The translations under genes were made by a program, and so were the position numbers. Source: Nemertoderma westbladi (lineage: Eukaryota > Animalia > Xenacoelomorpha). From it: 64,000 nucleotides of DNA. This document shows, one piece after another, positions 13,077-26,100 of the stretch. Where the stretch lies: the NCBI GenBank assembly GCA_032718475.1, contig JAUCBJ010008617.1, forward strand, positions 16,932-80,931. Direction: 5' to 3'. The first letter of the stretch is position 1. Every line of letters begins with the position of its first letter. Under the pieces are notes generated by a model, which was not told where the DNA came from, ran no database searches, and saw nothing but the letters and a program-made list of their open reading frames with translations.

Positions 13077-14543
13077 ATGGTAATGGAAGACCTAAATCTA
13101 AATAATGCCGATACCAACCCTTCAGGGATACCTACCACTACCGGTACTGACTTTGATGATATGGTACCGGTAATGTTACAACTACGACGCCATCTGCTCT
13201 GGCATTTGAACTATTCTAAGTAATGGGGAATGTAATGATGAGTTTCAAACAGGAAAATGCCTGGTTGATGGATACCCAGTCGATAACTTGCATTGCATTG
13301 TATCGGATTGTTATACCACTGGTCTTACTGGGGATAAGTGGTGGTGGAAGCGGTCAGGAAGTACTACCAATTGTTATCTTATAAACTTTAACGAGCCACG
13401 GAAGGCCTCTATTCTACGTGAGGATAGTACCGGTGCTGACAATGGAGGCGGGAGACCCGGTAGCCTTTTCTACAATGTTGGATTCGGAAATAAATGGAAA
13501 CGTGTTGGCATGGAACTGGAAAATCTTAAAGATTCCAAATGGGTAATTGAAGTTTGTCGAACGTTCTGGAAGCATTCTACTAACAATAGCTACAGTAAAA
13601 CTGCCTCGCGAGTAATGCTGAAGCATGGGGACATTCCATTTGATTTACCTGAGGGCTGAGTTGTGTTGGAGTATAAATGGTCAGTTGACAAACCTGATCC
13701 CGAAACCCTTATTGTTGATGTTCATATTGATAAGAATGGACTTACCCGTTCGAAAATCTGTCACATTAATGGCAGTGTGAAGGATATTATTGTTCAAGAG
13801 TTACATAATGGTAAGAAACCACAACATATATATCAGCAACACCATTCAGATATTCCTTCACTTAATCTATATACAATATGAATTATAGGTTAAAAAAAGG
13901 AACATCATACTCTCGTCTGTCATCAACGTCGTCTCTCGCATCGGCATTTTCAAACCACTTTATCACTTTGAATGAATGGGATAAAGCCTCTAGACCCGAT
14001 CCATCAACCTAGAAACTAAGCTTCCTCATTAATGTATGCTCGTCATGTCCTTTGCAGAATATTTCAAAATGTCCATTGAAATTGCCAACTCCTGAAAAAA
14101 TAAGCGCGGTGCTTGTAGAAGACATATTTAGTAAAGGTTGGAAATTGAGATCATTTGTTGGCAAAGCTCCCAATAATGGCGGGTTTGTTATTCGTAAACT
14201 TCCAACCGCTTCCTCGGCACTAGTTTAAGTCCAATCTATTAAATTAGCTGGTTGTTACCCTGGATGTGTCGCATCTTCCTCATTCAGTTTTTGTGAACAT
14301 TTAGTTGCGTATGCGATTTTTACGGAAACCATAGCTGAGTTCACTCAATTAATATGGAAGTCGGCGACAATAAAAACCACTGTTGTTCGTGATCCGGAAG
14401 CTGGTAAAAAGAAAAAAATCAAAAAATTCAACCAACGGAATGGGAAACCGGGTGAAGTGATATCATCAACCTATAACAAAGATAATGGTAAAAGTGGGGA
14501 TACAGGAAAATGTAAACGGAAACAGCCAAATTATTTTTATTGA
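13077..14543 (+). pseudogene. MULE transposase remnant (N-terminal domain plus SWIM-like finger and basic tail; catalytic core deleted)
   Basis: ORFs 13288-13659 and 13663-13881 are in frame across one TGA. Hand translation of about 14245-14543 gives LAGCYPGCVASSSFSFCEHLVAYAIF...AGKKKKIKK. No DDE core was seen. Confidence 0.65.
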
Positions 14544-14662
14544 TTATAATGTTCAAAGAAAGGTGTACCAGATATCTGGCCAGATGTTAAAATGTTATAA
14601 ATATTATCGGTGAATTACTTAACGCCAGACTCGCGTATCTGGGTGAAGAGTTGCTTTCGGTA

Positions 14663-15669
14663 TTATATATTATATTCTTCTTCACTTTGGCCTGAATCCT
14701 CTCCCATCACATCATCAATCAATATAAGATCATATGATGCGTTGTAACCTTAAATAAATAACACAAATAAAATATCAGCATGAAATGTGACAGGCAGTTT
14801 AACAATGTTTAATGTCAATATTTAACTATAGTGCATAATACCCTACAATAGGTTCGCTCAATGGTAAAAAAATTCAGTAATTATTTACCCACCATCAGTA
14901 GTAGTACCATTACTTCTGCCCTTGGTGACTTTGTTTGGTTTCACATTCGAACTGCAAGGTACGGCTGGGTTGTATTTCAAAGAACATCTGGGCACTGGAA
15001 TTTTCTTATGATGGTAATCCCCAATGATTTCTATTTCGGGAGACGATGTTGATGCTGTCAGTATTGCTTTGTTACCGGTACTCTCTGCAGGAACAACTTT
15101 CCAAAGGGGTTCAGGTTCAGGTTTGTCAGTTGACCATTTATACTCCAACAGAACTCGGCCCACAGGTAAATCAAATGGAATGTTCCCATGCTTCAGCATT
15201 ACCCGCGAGGCGGTTTTACAGTAGCTATTGTTATTAGGATGCTTCCAAAACGTCCGACGAACTTCAATTACACATTCGGAATCTTTAAGATTTTCCGGTT
15301 CCACGCCAACACGTTTCCATTTATTTCTGAATCCAACATTGTAGAAAAGGCTACCGGGTCTCCCGCCTCCACTGTCAGCACCGGTACTATCCTCACGTAG
15401 AATAGAGGCCTTCTGTGGCTTGTTAAAGTTTATAAGATAACAATTGGTAGTACTTCCTGACCGCTTCCACCACCACTTATCCGCAGTAAGACCAGTGCAG
15501 CAGTGGTATAACAATCTGATACAACGCAACGAAAGTTATCGATTGGGTACCCATCAACTAGGCGTTTTCCTATTTGAAACTCATCATTACATTCCCCATT
15601 ACTTAGAATTTCCACCAGTTCAAATGCCAAAGCGGAAGGAATGGTGGGAGAATCGTCAAAGTCTTCCAT
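14663..15669 (-). pseudogene. Second, convergent MULE gene sharing its N-terminal ~170 aa with the transposase; probable intron 14749-14892
   Basis: ORFs 15430-15669 and 14885-15529 are separated by an 8-nt insertion. A GTGGGT donor at 14892 and a tttaag acceptor at 14749 add GYNASYDLILIDDVMGEDSGQSEEEYNI*. Confidence 0.65.
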
Positions 15670-16355
15670 TCTATATTTCGTATTTGATTCACTGCCCTGC
15701 TATATCGGTCAGCGGTACCGTCAGACCGTTATCGTCCAGTATCGGAAATTAACCTAGGTCTATTCAGCTATCTCTGTATCTTATACTCTGGTGGGCACTA
15801 GTGCTGTAGTGAGTGTGAGTGACTAATGACTAATACAGTGCTGCAGTAATAGCTGAATAGGCTACTGGAATAGCAAATAGGGAACCCTCAGTAGAGCTCG
15901 CTCAGCCCGATCTGTTGGTTAGTTAGCCTACAGGCCCAGCTGCCTGTCTAGTCAGTCTGCTAGTGCAGTAGTAAGGAGGTACAGTTGTACAGCAGTAGAA
16001 GTGGATATGATACGGAATATTGGTACTAACTGACTGATGTGCAATTACTGGGCACAGTGTAGAGTATATTACCAATGTACTGATGTAGGCCTACTCAGCT
16101 ACCGGTACTGTACTGCTGTAGAACTAACCAACTATCCATGGTTACAGGATAATGAGAAGTAATTTATTTTGGAGGATATGGAAAACCATCATTTAATATG
16201 AATATGTAATTGACATCTTGATACAATTGTATGATTAAATCCGGTACTTTCCCAAGTGTGTTATTTTTTGGTGTAGATTTTAATTACAGCTGTGTTCGCC
16301 TATGTTCCGCCTGTATTCTATTGTGTTCTGTTGTGTTCTGTAAAAAGAACTATCC

Positions 16356-16870
16356 CCAGGAAGGCATGGGCTGGGCATTGTTAAATAGTCTGTCCAGGAT
16401 TGGGATGTCCCATAGAATAAAATGGAACCTTAATGTTCAATTATTTATGGCTGTAGTAGTAACCCAGTACTCTTATATGGAAGTCCATGCTGGGCTCTAA
16501 CTGCAGAGGATACCAAATCTCTGGAAAGCACTTTCACAAGAATGGTGCACCTGTTTCATTGTTTCAAGTTCAATGAACACATCTCCAATCAGACTCTATA
16601 CAACATTGGAGGTGTTCCATTTGTCACCCCTAGCTTGACTCTCTGCTTTGCAAGACATTGCTTCCACTGTGAGGACCAGCCACTGGATAATCTTGTGCTT
16701 TGGTGACCTCATGGAGTGAATAAGCATGGTGTACAGTACAGCCCATGACTTTCTTAAGACGCATCTTAAAGGACACTGGCCTTGAAGATGAGGATGATCT
16801 AGCAAATGTCATGGGTGATAGGGAGTTGTGGCAGCATAATATTGTTGACGAGCCAGCACAGCATTCTTAA
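16356..16870 (+). pseudogene. RTE-type LINE remnant, 3' part
   Basis: GWALLNSLSRI.., YGSPCWALT, FTRM, HCFHCEDQPLDNLVLW and DTGLEDEDDLANVMGDRELW, the typical RTE C-terminus. Confidence 0.8.
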
Positions 16871-16891
16871 TATATATATAATGCAGCTGCA

Positions 16892-18620
16892 ATGCAGTAT
16901 GCAGATCGTAGTAGTATATGTAAGTGTGTTGATTTTACCAAGTGCAATTGTCTAAATTATCATAAGATTCCAGTCATAGAAAGGGAATTTATAATTGATC
17001 AAAGGGGAAACCGCAACATCTTCATAAGTGGTCTGGATTTGACATCTAAATCTCAAGAAATTCGCCAGGAGTTTTCACAGATTCAACAGCAGTCTAGACA
17101 ACATAAAGTTGTTGTTGATAAGCCTGTTGCGGGAACATCATATGAACTTGAAGAGTAGTACACAGGAAATTCGGCTTCAGATAATAAATAATGTTAGTAA
17201 AAATACTCAGATTATGAATAATTATTGGTCACAAAAAAATGCATTAAACTCTCAACCATAGCCAGAGAGTGCGATTGGTACCAAGTTTCAGATAAGGGAG
17301 GGGCAGCTTTGGCAAGTGCTCTACTGGAGGACATTGGAATTATCAGCAAACAAGATTTGTCCGTTATCATTGATCATAGCATACTTATGAGAGAGTGCGA
17401 ATGATAGATGAGATATCCAATCTGAAGCGAGTTATGGCACAAGTTGACTCTACTTCGATTGTCAGAAGATCAAACTAAATATTAACATATCATATTAACA
17501 TAAGGAATTACATATCCAAGAATGCATACAGAAGAGCATTTCTCTCTTGTATATACAGGTACCAAATTCAATATATGTTAGTCATGTTACCACACATAGT
17601 AAGAAAGCAGCTGACATTGCAAATGGAATACTAAACCATTCTTGGGAGAATAATGTTGAACTGTGTAACTTGTTGTGTGTGGGTACAGATGGTGAAAATA
17701 CAAACATAGGATGGAAAGGAGGCACCACCACCTATAAAGAAACCATTTGAATTGGTTTGTCTGCTTATTACATACCAATGAACTGCCCTTTTGTCATATT
17801 TTCTATCATGTGGATGGCACATCAGGACCTGGATCCTTTAATGGTGTCATAATTAATTATATAATAATAACAACATAACTAATTAACAATCGGGAAACAG
17901 TTATCCAAATGTGAACAGTTGCCAATTGTCAAGTTCAAAAAGCTACCTGACACTCATACTGGGATACCTGCAGATCTTGAATCTTTTAAAGATCGCAGTG
18001 CAGATAAATATAAGATAATGATAACTAACGCTGTATCATCTGGGGAATGTACGATTGATCTACAACACATCAAATCATATCCTATCCAGTGAACCATTCA
18101 AAATGGTTAACAATGTCCTGTCGAATTCTCTGATTATATATTTCAACTTTGACCCCAACTTTTCAACTGTTGTTTATGTTTGAATATGTAATGAAAGTAT
18201 ATGTACCTATCTGGTCTCATATTAAATTGCAATGGCAATTCTACAATGGTTCCAAACACTTTTTTCAGATGATTGCCAAAACAAGATATTTACAACATGA
18301 CCTACAGAAGGTCGTCAACAAGGCTCTGTGCCATGGTCAAGGTCATGTGGCAATTCCTCTTTTGCCCACCCAGAGAACCTGCTACTTTCAATGATCTATG
18401 ATGGTAGGGAACCAATCAGAAGACAGGGATATCAATGTATTTTATCTTATAGGGAGGCATCAGCTGTGGGTTTGCCCTCAGCTATGAATTTGTATTCATC
18501 TGGGTATATATCTGTATTTGTTAAACTATAAATAAATTTAGAGGCATCCGATTACATACATCTTGTGAACTGGACAACCACAGATAAATCAGAACCCCTA
18601 ATACTAAAAAATGTGTCATG
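16892..18620 (+). pseudogene. hATm-type DNA transposase remnant, heavily degenerate
   Basis: CKC..CNC..KIP..EREFIIDQR, ARECDWYQVSDKGGAALASALLEDIG, VGTDGENTNIGWKGG, CLLHTNELP, YVMKVYVPIWSHIK and FAHPENLLLSM occur in order. No TIRs were located. Confidence 0.75.
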
Positions 18621-20156
18621 CATGTACACTGTGCAGTGCATTGCCCGGGTATCATTAAACCTTTTGGGACCAAAATAGAACAAAAAGATAATATACCATG
18701 GGAATAGTGTTGTGCTGGTACCAAATTCTTCAACCGGTACACGTATTCCCAATCCTTACACTTAGTAGGAACACATCTTGAATTGTAGCCTGGGATTGGT
18801 TAATGAACTATTATTTGATTGGACTTTGAAATCATGTAAGGATTGAGGAAAGTGGTCGAACTAGAGTAAGTAGTAAAGTAAGTTGGCAGGTAGAAAGTGT
18901 TCCAAAAGCTGTAAGGAATGGAGAAATTGGGTGAAATCATGTTCATGTAAGGGTTATTATACCAACAGTATTAGAAGAGTAGACTTAGACAAACATGTGA
19001 TATTATTCTAGGCAGTAGAACATTGGCTTATGGTTTATACAGGGCTGCATGAGTAAGCTAAAATGTTTGGAACATTGGCTATACTAGTGTCTAGGGATAC
19101 ATTCCTTTGCATGACATTGTCGACATTGACATGACGATTCCTTATACAACATTTTTTCCACTCAAAATATATGTACCGGGTGTTCCATAATGATTGCCAC
19201 CCCCCCCCCCCCCTGGCCAGCTAAAACTGCCAGACATGCACCTTAGTGTAATATACCATTCGAAAGAGAATTTAATTCGGAGCTTGAATGCAAAAATGTA
19301 GGGTCCAATACAAAAGTATACAAATTTTATAGGCTATTCTTTAAACCTAACTTATTTTTCAATATTTTTGATTTAATCACAATTAAAAAAATCTAATTTA
19401 TCCAGCGTTAGTCATCAGCTTTGCATCCATGTTTCCCCTTTGCAGCATGGGGAGCTCCTGGATAGTGGCAAAGGATGTTGGCTAAAAGGGCCGTTTTGGT
19501 TTGAGTTCAGTTTGATTAAGTCCCAGAATTAAAAATCCATGTTTCCTCCATTTGCATTGCAAACAGCAGTCACTCGTCTGGGAAAAGTTTATAGAAGTTT
19601 ATCAAACAAATCTCTGTCATCAGCCATACTTTCCAGCACAGAAATCAGGTGTTGTTTGAGTACAACTTTGGAGTATCTCATATTGGGTTGTTCCATCATC
19701 ATTAAGTCTTCAACGTGTTGCTTGACAATAGCTCCTAAATCCTCTGCTGGGTTTAGGTCAGGGGAATTTCCCAGCGACTCATTGTTTCCAAAGAAGTTAA
19801 CACCAGATGCCAGTAACAACTGCTGAGTTTATATAGCTTTCATACAGGGTGCATGGTCATGAAGAAAGGTCGCTTCATTGGGGTCTATCACATTATCAGG
19901 GTTGTCTAAGAAGGGCAGAACATTCTCAGCAAGAATAACCACCTTGGTAGAATAACCACCTTGTTCCACCTTGGTGTAGTGGTTGCATTGAATTCACATC
20001 TCCCATAGGTCGTGGGTTCGATCCTTACATGGGCCAGTGCAGTTTTGTTTCGGCACGAATGCTTTAAAGGGACCAGCCAGGGTGCATCTTTGCCTTGCAT
20101 CCTTAAGTGGTAGCAAAATGAGTACTAGAGTTTCCTCTGGGGAGTAAAGTTATGGG

Positions 20157-23100
20157 CAGCATAAATGCACAGCTGTAGGCCTGCCGACAATAAGACCAAG
20201 AAAGATACTGGTACAGGCCTATACAGTTTTTATCTTTTTAGTCACCGGTACTAGGCCTATACAGTTTTTATCTTTTTAGTCAGACTACAGCCAGACAGCA
20301 CAATGTCACCGCTCTTAATCTCCACAGTTGTCATCGTTCTGGGCCGTTTTGTTGTGGCAGAACCATCCGATCCGCGGGGTAACCCTGCAACCCACCCAAT
20401 ACCCGTATTGGACTGGTTTGCCGAACACCCTGTCGCTACCGTTTCGAACTGCCATGCCGAATCGATGGAGATGTGGTCGACGAGTGGATTTAGCCTCTAC
20501 TGCTCTCGTTGGGGAAGAAGATCTTGGGTCTCCTCTCCACGAACTAGAGGCCTAATCGCCAAACTCTGTCTTCTGTCTCTGGCTGGGGATATTGAGACCA
20601 ACCCTGGACCCAGCAGGACGCGGGCCCCGAAGATCAACTGTCCCGTCTGTCAACGAGGAAAAAATCGTCCAATGCGAGAGTTGTGACACATTTGTACATT
20701 TAAAATGTTACTGTAGGAAAAGCAGTAATTTATTCTCCACCAGAAACAATCTTGAGCCAAGTTTTCTCTGCAATAGCTGTATTTTTACCGAACTTCCCTT
20801 TCATGATACAATTTTAGAATCAGAAACCGACGATTCATTCCTCACATCGCCTCTACAAACTCCAAGTGATGCTGAGAGTGAAACTTTTAAATTTTTTAAG
20901 AAAAAAGGTCTGCATTTTTTGCATTTCAACGCGCGATCTCTGCTTCCCAAACTTTCCGAAATTCGTATTTTAATCAATAAATCCAACCCAGCAGTTATAA
21001 CAATCTCTGAAACTTGGCTCGATGTTAGCGTTTCTGATGGAGAAATTTATATTGATAATTACGTAGTTTTACGTAAGGATAGGGATAGACACGGTGGTGG
21101 TGTCTGTACTTATATTCGATGTGATTTAGCTTTTAATCGTAGGGAAGATTTAGAGTCTTGTGACGAAGTTTTACTGGTGGAACTTTTACTTCCTAAAACT
21201 AAACCTATTTTAATCGGTACTTTATATCGGCCCCCTAAACAATCAGATTTTTTGCAAAATTTTGAAAATACAATTTTATGTAATCTTAGGTCAGACTGTG
21301 AAATATATTTTATATTTCTTAGGTGATTTTAATATCTGTTACCATCACAAAGCATCCCCAATCTGTAAACAGTACCAAAGTATTTTAAATTTGTTTGGTT
21401 TAAAACAAATTATTCGAGATTCTACCAGAATTACCAGTAAAACTTATACTTTACTAGATCACATCCTTTGTAATAATACCGATATTATTTCTCAATCTGG
21501 GGTTTTACCTATAGGTCTAAGCGATCATTTTATAGTTTTTTGCACAAGAAAGACACAAAAATCTTTTTTCGGGGATCATAAAACAGTAACAGTTAGGTCT
21601 ATGAAAAATTACAGAAAGGAACGCTTTTTAAGTTTGTTAGTTAATTCAGACTGGGAACCCTGTTTTAAGGCCGCTGACATTAACCTTGCGTACACTGTTT
21701 TTAAAGATATACAGTATTTTTAAAGGCACTTAATACTGTAGCACCAATTAAAGAAATTAGTCTTAAACAAGCACTGAGCCCTGGATGACCTCGGGTATTC
21801 TTAGTAATATCAGAGAAAGAGATAACTATTTGTATAAATTTAGGAAATACCGTGTTTTAGCTGATTATAATAATTACTGCAAATATAGAAACCCTGTCCA
21901 ACGGGAAATAAAAAAAGCTAAATCTGAATATTTGTACAACAAAATAAGTGAGAATAAAGATAATCCTAAAAGTCTATGGTCTACCCTAAAATATTTAGGT
22001 TATAAAAACCTTAAATCTAAATCGAATATTGTTCTGCAAGATAACGGTGAGCTGGTACATGATCATACTCTAGTTAGTAATTTATTTAATAATTATTTTA
22101 CTAATGTTGCCTCTAATTTAGTGAAGAAGTTACCGTTATCAAGTAATAAATATAGTATAGGGTCCGAAACTCTAAATAATTTTTATTTAGAAAAGTTACA
22201 AAATTCAGAAAAGTTATTTTTAAAACCCGTTTCTGAGGATTTCGTTTTTCAAAATCTACTTAGCCTATCAGTCTCAAAAAGTACCGGTCTAGACCTAATA
22301 CCTGCCCGTTTTCTTAAGGATGGTGCTGAAGTACTTAAAGTGCCTATTACTTTTATTATTAATTACTCTATCGTAGATAATGTAGTACCAGACGAACTGA
22401 AATTAGCTAAGGTTGTTCCTCTGTATAAAAAGAATAGTAAAGTAGAACCCTGTAATTACAGACCTGTTAGTATCTTAAGTATTGTATCTAAAATTCTAGA
22501 ACGTTCTGTTTTTCTACAGCTGGAAGCACATCTTAGTAGGCTAAATCTGCTCTATGAACTTCAGTCCGGCTTTCGTAAATCATATTCTACAGACACCTGC
22601 CTTATTAACTTAACTGATACAATTAGATGTAATAACGCAAAGGGTTTATATACTGGTATGGTAATGTTGGACCTACAAAAGGCTTTCGATACTGTACATC
22701 ACGAAATTCTGCTTGGTAAGTTAGGCCTGATGGGTGTAGGTTCTATAGACTGGTTCAAGTCCTACCTGTCAGACAGAGGTCAAACTGTAGTCATTAGCAA
22801 ATCGCAGTCAACTGTACAAGAGATTACCTGTGGTGTAACGCAAAGTAGTATATTAGGTCCTCTGCTTTTTGTATGCTATGTAAATGATATGATAAGTAGT
22901 ACAGATCCCGATTTTAAACTCATTTTATATGCCGACGACAGTGCTCTTATTTTCTCTCATAAAGATCCTATCCATATTTCCCAAAAGTTAAGTGCAGTTC
23001 TAGAATCCTGTAAGATAAGATAAGATAAGATATTTGATTAGAGGAGACACCTCGGCTTGTGCAGCACACATAACATTGATAAACAACACACTTATATCAT

Positions 23101-26100
23101 TAAAATTTACGACACGAAGTGACTTATGCACCAGCTAAACTAAGATTAAGTAAAATTATACACTTCAATAAAACATAGTTAAAATCAATATTAAACGTTA
23201 CAGATTTCGATCAAATTTTATATATTTTTTAAAATCCACAGTAAGTAATTTCGACTTAAAAACGTTAAGAGACGGACTATTCACCACATTAGTAGGTAAA
23301 TCGTTCCATATGTTAACAACACGGTTGAAAAATACGTTCTCAACACAGTTTGTATTGCACTTTGACCCACGAATTTTGAAACGATGTCCTCTGGTAATGC
23401 AATTTCTTATTACGGTAAAATAGTCATTGCACCTAAGATTAACTAGACCGTGCATTATCTTAAAAGTGTATACCAAGTCAACGTGTATCCTACGTAGTTC
23501 TAGTGGCTGTAGGCCTAGATATGTCAATCTCTCAATATATGGGATATCTGGGTCCAGATGACAACGAAAAAACAGACGCCTTGTAAAGTAGCGCTGCACG
23601 GCTTCAAGACCAAAGAAGTTAGACCAAAGAAAGGTACTCCCTTTGTAAATGGATTCCAAACACAACTAGCATATTCTAGAACGGGCCGAGTGTATGATTT
23701 ATAAGCCGTAATCAGCGCTTCTCTGTTAGACGTAATAAAACACCGAAATATTTTATTAACAGACCGATATGCTGACGCTGTAATATTCAAAATATGCTCT
23801 GAGAAATTAAGCCTACTATCAATAGTTACACCAAGATCACGGTAAGCATGCACAGAGTCTAGATATTTGCTGTTAATTGTATACATTGGTGATACTGAAG
23901 TACCGCTATTTATTGTTAAAACCTTACATTTGTCGTTGGCAACACTCAATTGCCAGTCATTGGACCAATCTGAGAAAATATTAATGTTATCCTGTAACGT
24001 GTATCTATCACTAGCACAATTATTGACGGAAAATAATTTTGCATCATCAGCAAACAGTTTCGCAGATTGACCGCTGATCATTTTATTTGGTAGGTCATTA
24101 ATAAAAATAATAAATAGAAGAGGTCCACAACAGGAACCTTGGGGAACCCCGGATATTATAGGATGGTAGTTTGAAAAAGTATTACCTATTTTTACACGTT
24201 GTCGCCTACCAGTTAAATAATTTGTAAACCAACGATAGACGTTGCCGCTCATGCCGTAGTTACGAAGTTTTAATAGTAATTTATCAGTCACCGCAGTATC
24301 AAAAGCTTTGGCGTAGTCAGTATAGACTACATCAACCATCTTTTTCTTATTTACAGCGTTTGCCCAATTATAGGAACTATTTAATAATTGTGCCTCGGTA
24401 CTGCGACCACTGACAAATCCATATTGATCCTCGCTTATTAAATTATTGCTATGTAAGAAATATGAAATATCCACAACTAGTATACGTTCTAATAAACGAC
24501 ATACAGACGCCGTCTGTGATATAGGTCTGTAGTTAGGGGCTAAGGAGGTATCACCCTTCTTAAAACACGGCGTGATGTCAGCACTTTTCCATCGTGGTGG
24601 AAGTTCACCAGTAATTAATGACGTGTTAAATAGTTTACACAAGGGCGTACAAAGTTCACAGCAACTGGTACCCCGTCAGGTGTGCCAGTGTATTTCAATG
24701 GTAATTTACAAAGGTGTTTGTAAACCTTTTGTTCTGATATGCTATGTATATCGAACAGTTTATCTGTTACAGGGGGAAATAAAGGAGTAACATTATTATC
24801 ATAAACACCAACAGATGAAAATTGCTCGTTCAGACATTCGCATTTTTCTATATCTGTTTCAGCTAATGACCCATCCGCTCTTTTAAGAGTTGAAACTGAT
24901 GGTCGACTAGAAACTCTGTTCTTCGCATATTTATAGAATGCTTTTTTACAAGACCCAGTAATGATTTTAATTTCTTTTTGCATATGAAAATCGCGAATGG
25001 CTTTTTCACAAATAAAACAAACACGTCTATAAGCACGCAAATCAGTTACGGAATTATTCTTTTTACACCACAACAACCGCTTAGAAGCCTGCAATTTTCG
25101 GATATGCAAGGGTGGGCGGTTTTTATTTTTATTTGGTATATATTTAGGTACAAACTTCTCAAAGAGATTATTTAATGTCCCATAGAATATATCACACATC
25201 GAATTTATGTTGTTATCACAATTGGAAATTTCATTTTCCCAGTTAATGTTATTCAAACTGTCTTTGATACCTACCTGATCCATTTTAACAAAATTATATC
25301 TAAGCGGTGGTGGTCCATGGGTCTCAGAATTATTTAAAAGACAATTATTAATACTAAAAGAAAACCCTTGATGGTCGCTCGGTTTTTGAATAGTCGAGTT
25401 TACGGCGCTATTTCCAATTGGAGGTTCACATTGAACATCCCCAATTAGAAATGGATCATTACACAACAACAAGTCTAGTATTGCGTCATCACGGGTTGTA
25501 AAGTCAATTAATTGGCATAAGTTTGATGCTGAAACTGCATTAATAAATTTATCACATTGCGAGTTTGGCCTTTTGTTTAAATCTGACCAATTAATAGCAC
25601 CAAAATTGAAGTCACCCATAATGAAAACTGGTTGGGGTACCTCGCTAATTTCAATCATAAGACTGTTAACTAGATTCAAGTACTGATGCATTTCATGGTA
25701 GTTATTGTAACATGAGTCTGGCGGACGATAAATGCAGACAATACGACATTTTTCTACAGTATTTATGTCAACGGATACACACTCTATGCTATTGTAACGT
25801 TGAGGGATAGCTACCAGTGTTGGTTGCAGATTATTTTTACAAATGATCGCAACACCCCCGCCACACGTATTGGGTGGACGATCCTTTCGATAAAGTTTAT
25901 AATCATCTTTAAACTCGCCCAAGAGTAGAGAGTCCTCGTCGTCAGGTGTGAGGTGAGTCTCGCATAGACCAACAATATCATAATTAAATGAACCAATTCG
26001 CGATTGTAGGTCGCCATATTTGTGTAGACAGCGTATTGAACGCACGTTTGCAAAGAAACATTTAATATTCGATTGCGGTAAAGGAGTAGAGGTGCCTCCT

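Larger units (their letters stand above)
7366..16355. mobile_element. Mutator-like (MULE) DNA transposon, internally deleted, about 195-bp TIRs
   Basis: TIRs ggatagtt...tccaaaataaattac (7366-~7560) and the reverse complement (~16160-16355); perfect 9-bp TSD ccaggaagg at 7357-7365 and 16356-16364; SWIM-like CxxxC..CEH motif near 14250-14310. The flanking RTE rejoins across the element. Confidence 0.85.
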
